Source of the DNA: a virus
Taxonomy: Duplodnaviria > Caudoviricetes
Length of the DNA stretch: 27,047 bases
Virus record (IMG/VR): IMGVR_UViG_3300044209_000031
Location: 1 to 27,047 of that record
Strand: one strand, 5' to 3'
The notes beneath the pieces are model-generated. The model was not told the DNA's origin. It was given only the letters and a program-made list of their open reading frames with translations, and did not search any database. A program made the position numbers and the translations under genes. Shown one piece after another: positions 25,610 through 27,047 of this stretch. Position 1 is the stretch's first letter. Every line of letters begins with the position of its first letter.

Positions 25610-26119
25610 TCACGGGCTCAGCACCACTTCCCGGGCTTCACCGCCGTTCACTGATACCGCCTGCATCAGGTTGCCGCCCTGCAGCGAGTAGCCGACCTGC
25701 CAGGTGATTGAGGTTTCAACGAAGAACTCGCCATCGGCTACATCGCCGAATGCAAAGCGGCCCTGGGCATCACAGGTGGTCTTGCGGACGTACTGGGCAA
25801 ACTCGGCAGGGTTCGGGGTGAACGTCACAACCCTGTAGGCGGGGTTGTAACCCTGCTGGGTATTGCCATAGATCACTGCGACACGCTCGGCGGCGTAGGC
25901 GGTTTTCGGCAGCAGGGTCACTGGCAGGCCGGCACAGGTCACCACGCCACCGCCGTTCTGGCGGATGAGAGCACTGCCGGTGATCATATTCACGCCGCGC
26001 TGGGTCATGGCGCGGGCTTCCTGGGCATTGAAGCTGGATTTCAGGTTGACCGTTGTCGGTGCACAGCCAGTGAGGGCGGCGCAGGCCAGTGCAGCAGCAG
26101 GTAGAAGTCCGAATCGCAT
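25610..26119 (-). CDS. Lipoprotein with Ig-like/carboxypeptidase-regulatory-like beta domain, 169 aa
   Basis: True start MRFGLLPAAALACAALTGC (ATG 26119, RBS AAGGAG) with lipobox LTGC. Motif TTCDAQGRFAFGDVADGEFFV. Confidence 0.8.
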   Translation of the reverse strand: MRFGLLPAAALACAALTGCAPTTVNLKSSFNAQEARAMTQRGVNMITGSALIRQNGGGVVTCAGLPVTLLPKTAYAAERVAVIYGNTQQGYNPAYRVVTFTPNPAEFAQYVRKTTCDAQGRFAFGDVADGEFFVETSITWQVGYSLQGGNLMQAVSVNGGEAREVVLSP

Positions 26120-26151
26120 GCTTTGCTCCTTGTGGTTCCCGGCAGGGCACC

Positions 26152-26796
26152 CTAGAAAATGATCTTCCCGACCAGCATCCCGGCCGCGAACATGCCCCAC
26201 AGGTACAGCGGATACCGGGTCAGCAGCATCTCCAGCGTGCTGCCTTTGCCGGCCGGGGCTGCCTGTGGGCGGTTGGTGTGTGACTGCGGTTGCAGCCGCT
26301 GAAGGTGGTCCAGCACGCGCTGCAGCTGGGGGCGCTGCAGGGTGGCGAGCTGGGTGCGGCCGAAGGTCAGCTCGCAGTAGTTGTTCATCTCGGCGCGGGC
26401 GGCCTTTTCGTCGGCCAGGCGCAGGATCTTGCCGGTGAGGCGGCGCTTGTCGGCCTCGTCCTGCAGCTGGTCGAGGCGGCGTTGCAGCACGCTGCGCGCC
26501 TGGGGGAACTGGCCGGCGGTGATGTCGGCAATCTGGGTGACGCCCAGTTCGGCAAAGACCTTGCGCCAGATCTCCTTGGAGTCGGCGCCCAGCTCGCTGC
26601 ACTTCAGGCCCAGCTCGTACAGCGCGTTGCGCTGCGCCGGCACCAGCGGGCGGTTGGCCTGCTCATCCTGCGGGTTGGCATGGGGGCAGCCCAGGCTGAT
26701 GTGCCCAGCCTGCACCATGGTCAGGTTGTGCTTGCGCGCATCCTGATAGTCGCGCCCGGCGACCCGGTTGTTGCTGCCTTCAACGCCGACATCCAT
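26152..26796 (-). CDS. Membrane-anchored protein with N-terminal NRVAGRDY motif, two helical repeats and C-terminal TM helix, 214 aa
   Basis: RBS GGAAGGTGG. C-terminal YPLYLWGMFAAGMLVGKIIF. Internal repeats LGVTQIADITAGQF and FGRTQLATLQRPQL. Confidence 0.8.
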   Translation of the reverse strand: MDVGVEGSNNRVAGRDYQDARKHNLTMVQAGHISLGCPHANPQDEQANRPLVPAQRNALYELGLKCSELGADSKEIWRKVFAELGVTQIADITAGQFPQARSVLQRRLDQLQDEADKRRLTGKILRLADEKAARAEMNNYCELTFGRTQLATLQRPQLQRVLDHLQRLQPQSHTNRPQAAPAGKGSTLEMLLTRYPLYLWGMFAAGMLVGKIIF

Positions 26797-26847
26797 CCGC
26801 CACCTTCCGTTGATTCCCTGGCCTGCTGCTGGCTATCCCACCCGCGC

Positions 26848-27047
26848 TCACTGCTTCTCTTTGTAGTTCCTGCCCGCCACCCGGTTGCCGTCGCCGCTGA
26901 CGGTGACGCCGCCGGTAGCCGGTGCCTGGCCGGCGAGCAGCTGGGCCAGCACGCCCTTGCGTGCGGCGGCATCCATCCCACGGTACAGCTCCAGCATCAG
27001 CAGCTCATCGGCGGGCAAACCGGCAGACGTCTGCCGGTTTGCATCCT
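26848..27047 (-). CDS. 3' end of probable prophage repressor (XRE/CI-like), truncated by window edge
   Basis: Translated by hand: ...DANRQTSAGLPADELLMLELYRGMDAAARKGVLAQLLAGQAPATGGVTVSGDGNRVAGRNYKEKQ*. The L..DE..L...YR.....R helix pair is typical of the C-terminus of short phage XRE repressors, and the position matches the B3-type repressor. The HTH itself is not in the window. Confidence 0.6.
   Translation of the reverse strand, partial: DANRQTSAGLPADELLMLELYRGMDAAARKGVLAQLLAGQAPATGGVTVSGDGNRVAGRNYKEKQ
27015..27042. repeat. 28-bp perfect palindrome
   Basis: GCAAACCGGCAGAC|GTCTGCCGGTTTGC, read directly, with no spacer. Confidence 0.9.

Larger units (their letters stand above)
165..27047 (-). 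mobile_element. Transposable Mu-like prophage (B3/BcepMu-type organisation), right half
   Basis: Contiguous co-oriented Mu-type DUF3486, terminase, DUF935 portal, F, G, I, T, gp36 and gp37 genes plus tail genes. TG terminus at 165 abuts host DNA. Confidence 0.93.

Noticed and set aside
25338-26135. GGA motifs in leaders as Rsm-binding sites
   Set aside because: They are indistinguishable from ordinary Shine-Dalgarno sequences without a clear hairpin context, so they are not reported as features.
25610-26602. 330-aa ORF as listed in the track
   Set aside because: The N-terminal half overlaps the 26152-26796 gene in another frame and is Arg/Pro-rich noise. The real start is ATG 26119, with an RBS and a signal peptide.
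205-26746. Many long plus-strand ORFs (e.g. 1156-2442, 4784-6124, 9214-10890, 13678-15024, 15692-17173)
   Set aside because: They are antisense shadows of high-GC minus-strand genes and show no recognisable motifs. The minus strand is already fully tiled by coupled phage genes.
26721-26981. 86-aa minus-strand ORF (MGWMPPHAR...)
   Set aside because: Alternative frame. The frame ending at TGA 26848 gives a more protein-like sequence and does not overlap the next gene.
1-27047. CRISPR array, tRNA/rRNA genes, diversity-generating retroelement, invertible tail-fibre segment, contractile sheath
   Set aside because: I saw no spaced repeats, canonical tRNA, reverse transcriptase, TR/VR pair, invertase or sheath gene by eye.

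Overview
Positions ~165-27047 are the right half of a transposable (Mu-like, B3/BcepMu-type layout, siphovirus-type tail) prophage, read entirely on the minus strand and probably in a Pseudomonas-like host. From the right edge the order is: 3' end of a probable repressor gene, then an accessory operon (membrane-anchored protein, lipoprotein, RsmN/CsrA-like RNA-binding protein, RexAB/DUF4747-like soluble + 4-TM pair). These are followed by the late genes (DUF1353, DUF2730, terminase, portal, MuF-PBECR2 fusion, G, protease/scaffold, capsid, head-tail joining, tail tube, frameshifting chaperone, tape measure, tail tip) and a TG terminus with tandem transposase-type sites. The terminus lies 16 bp upstream of a host ABC-permease gene. 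The most striking observations are four. (1) A near-identical amyloid-signalling-like motif (GxxNRVAGRxY) sits at the C-terminus of the repressor-like protein and at the N-terminus of the adjacent membrane-anchored protein. (2) The MuF-PBECR nuclease has no immunity ORF but is faced by a promoter, a structured RNA and a hairpin, a candidate RNA antitoxin. (3) A phage-borne RsmN homologue lies directly upstream of a candidate abortive-infection pair. (4) No recognisable lysis cassette is present. All family assignments come from recalled motifs and gene order, not from database searches.
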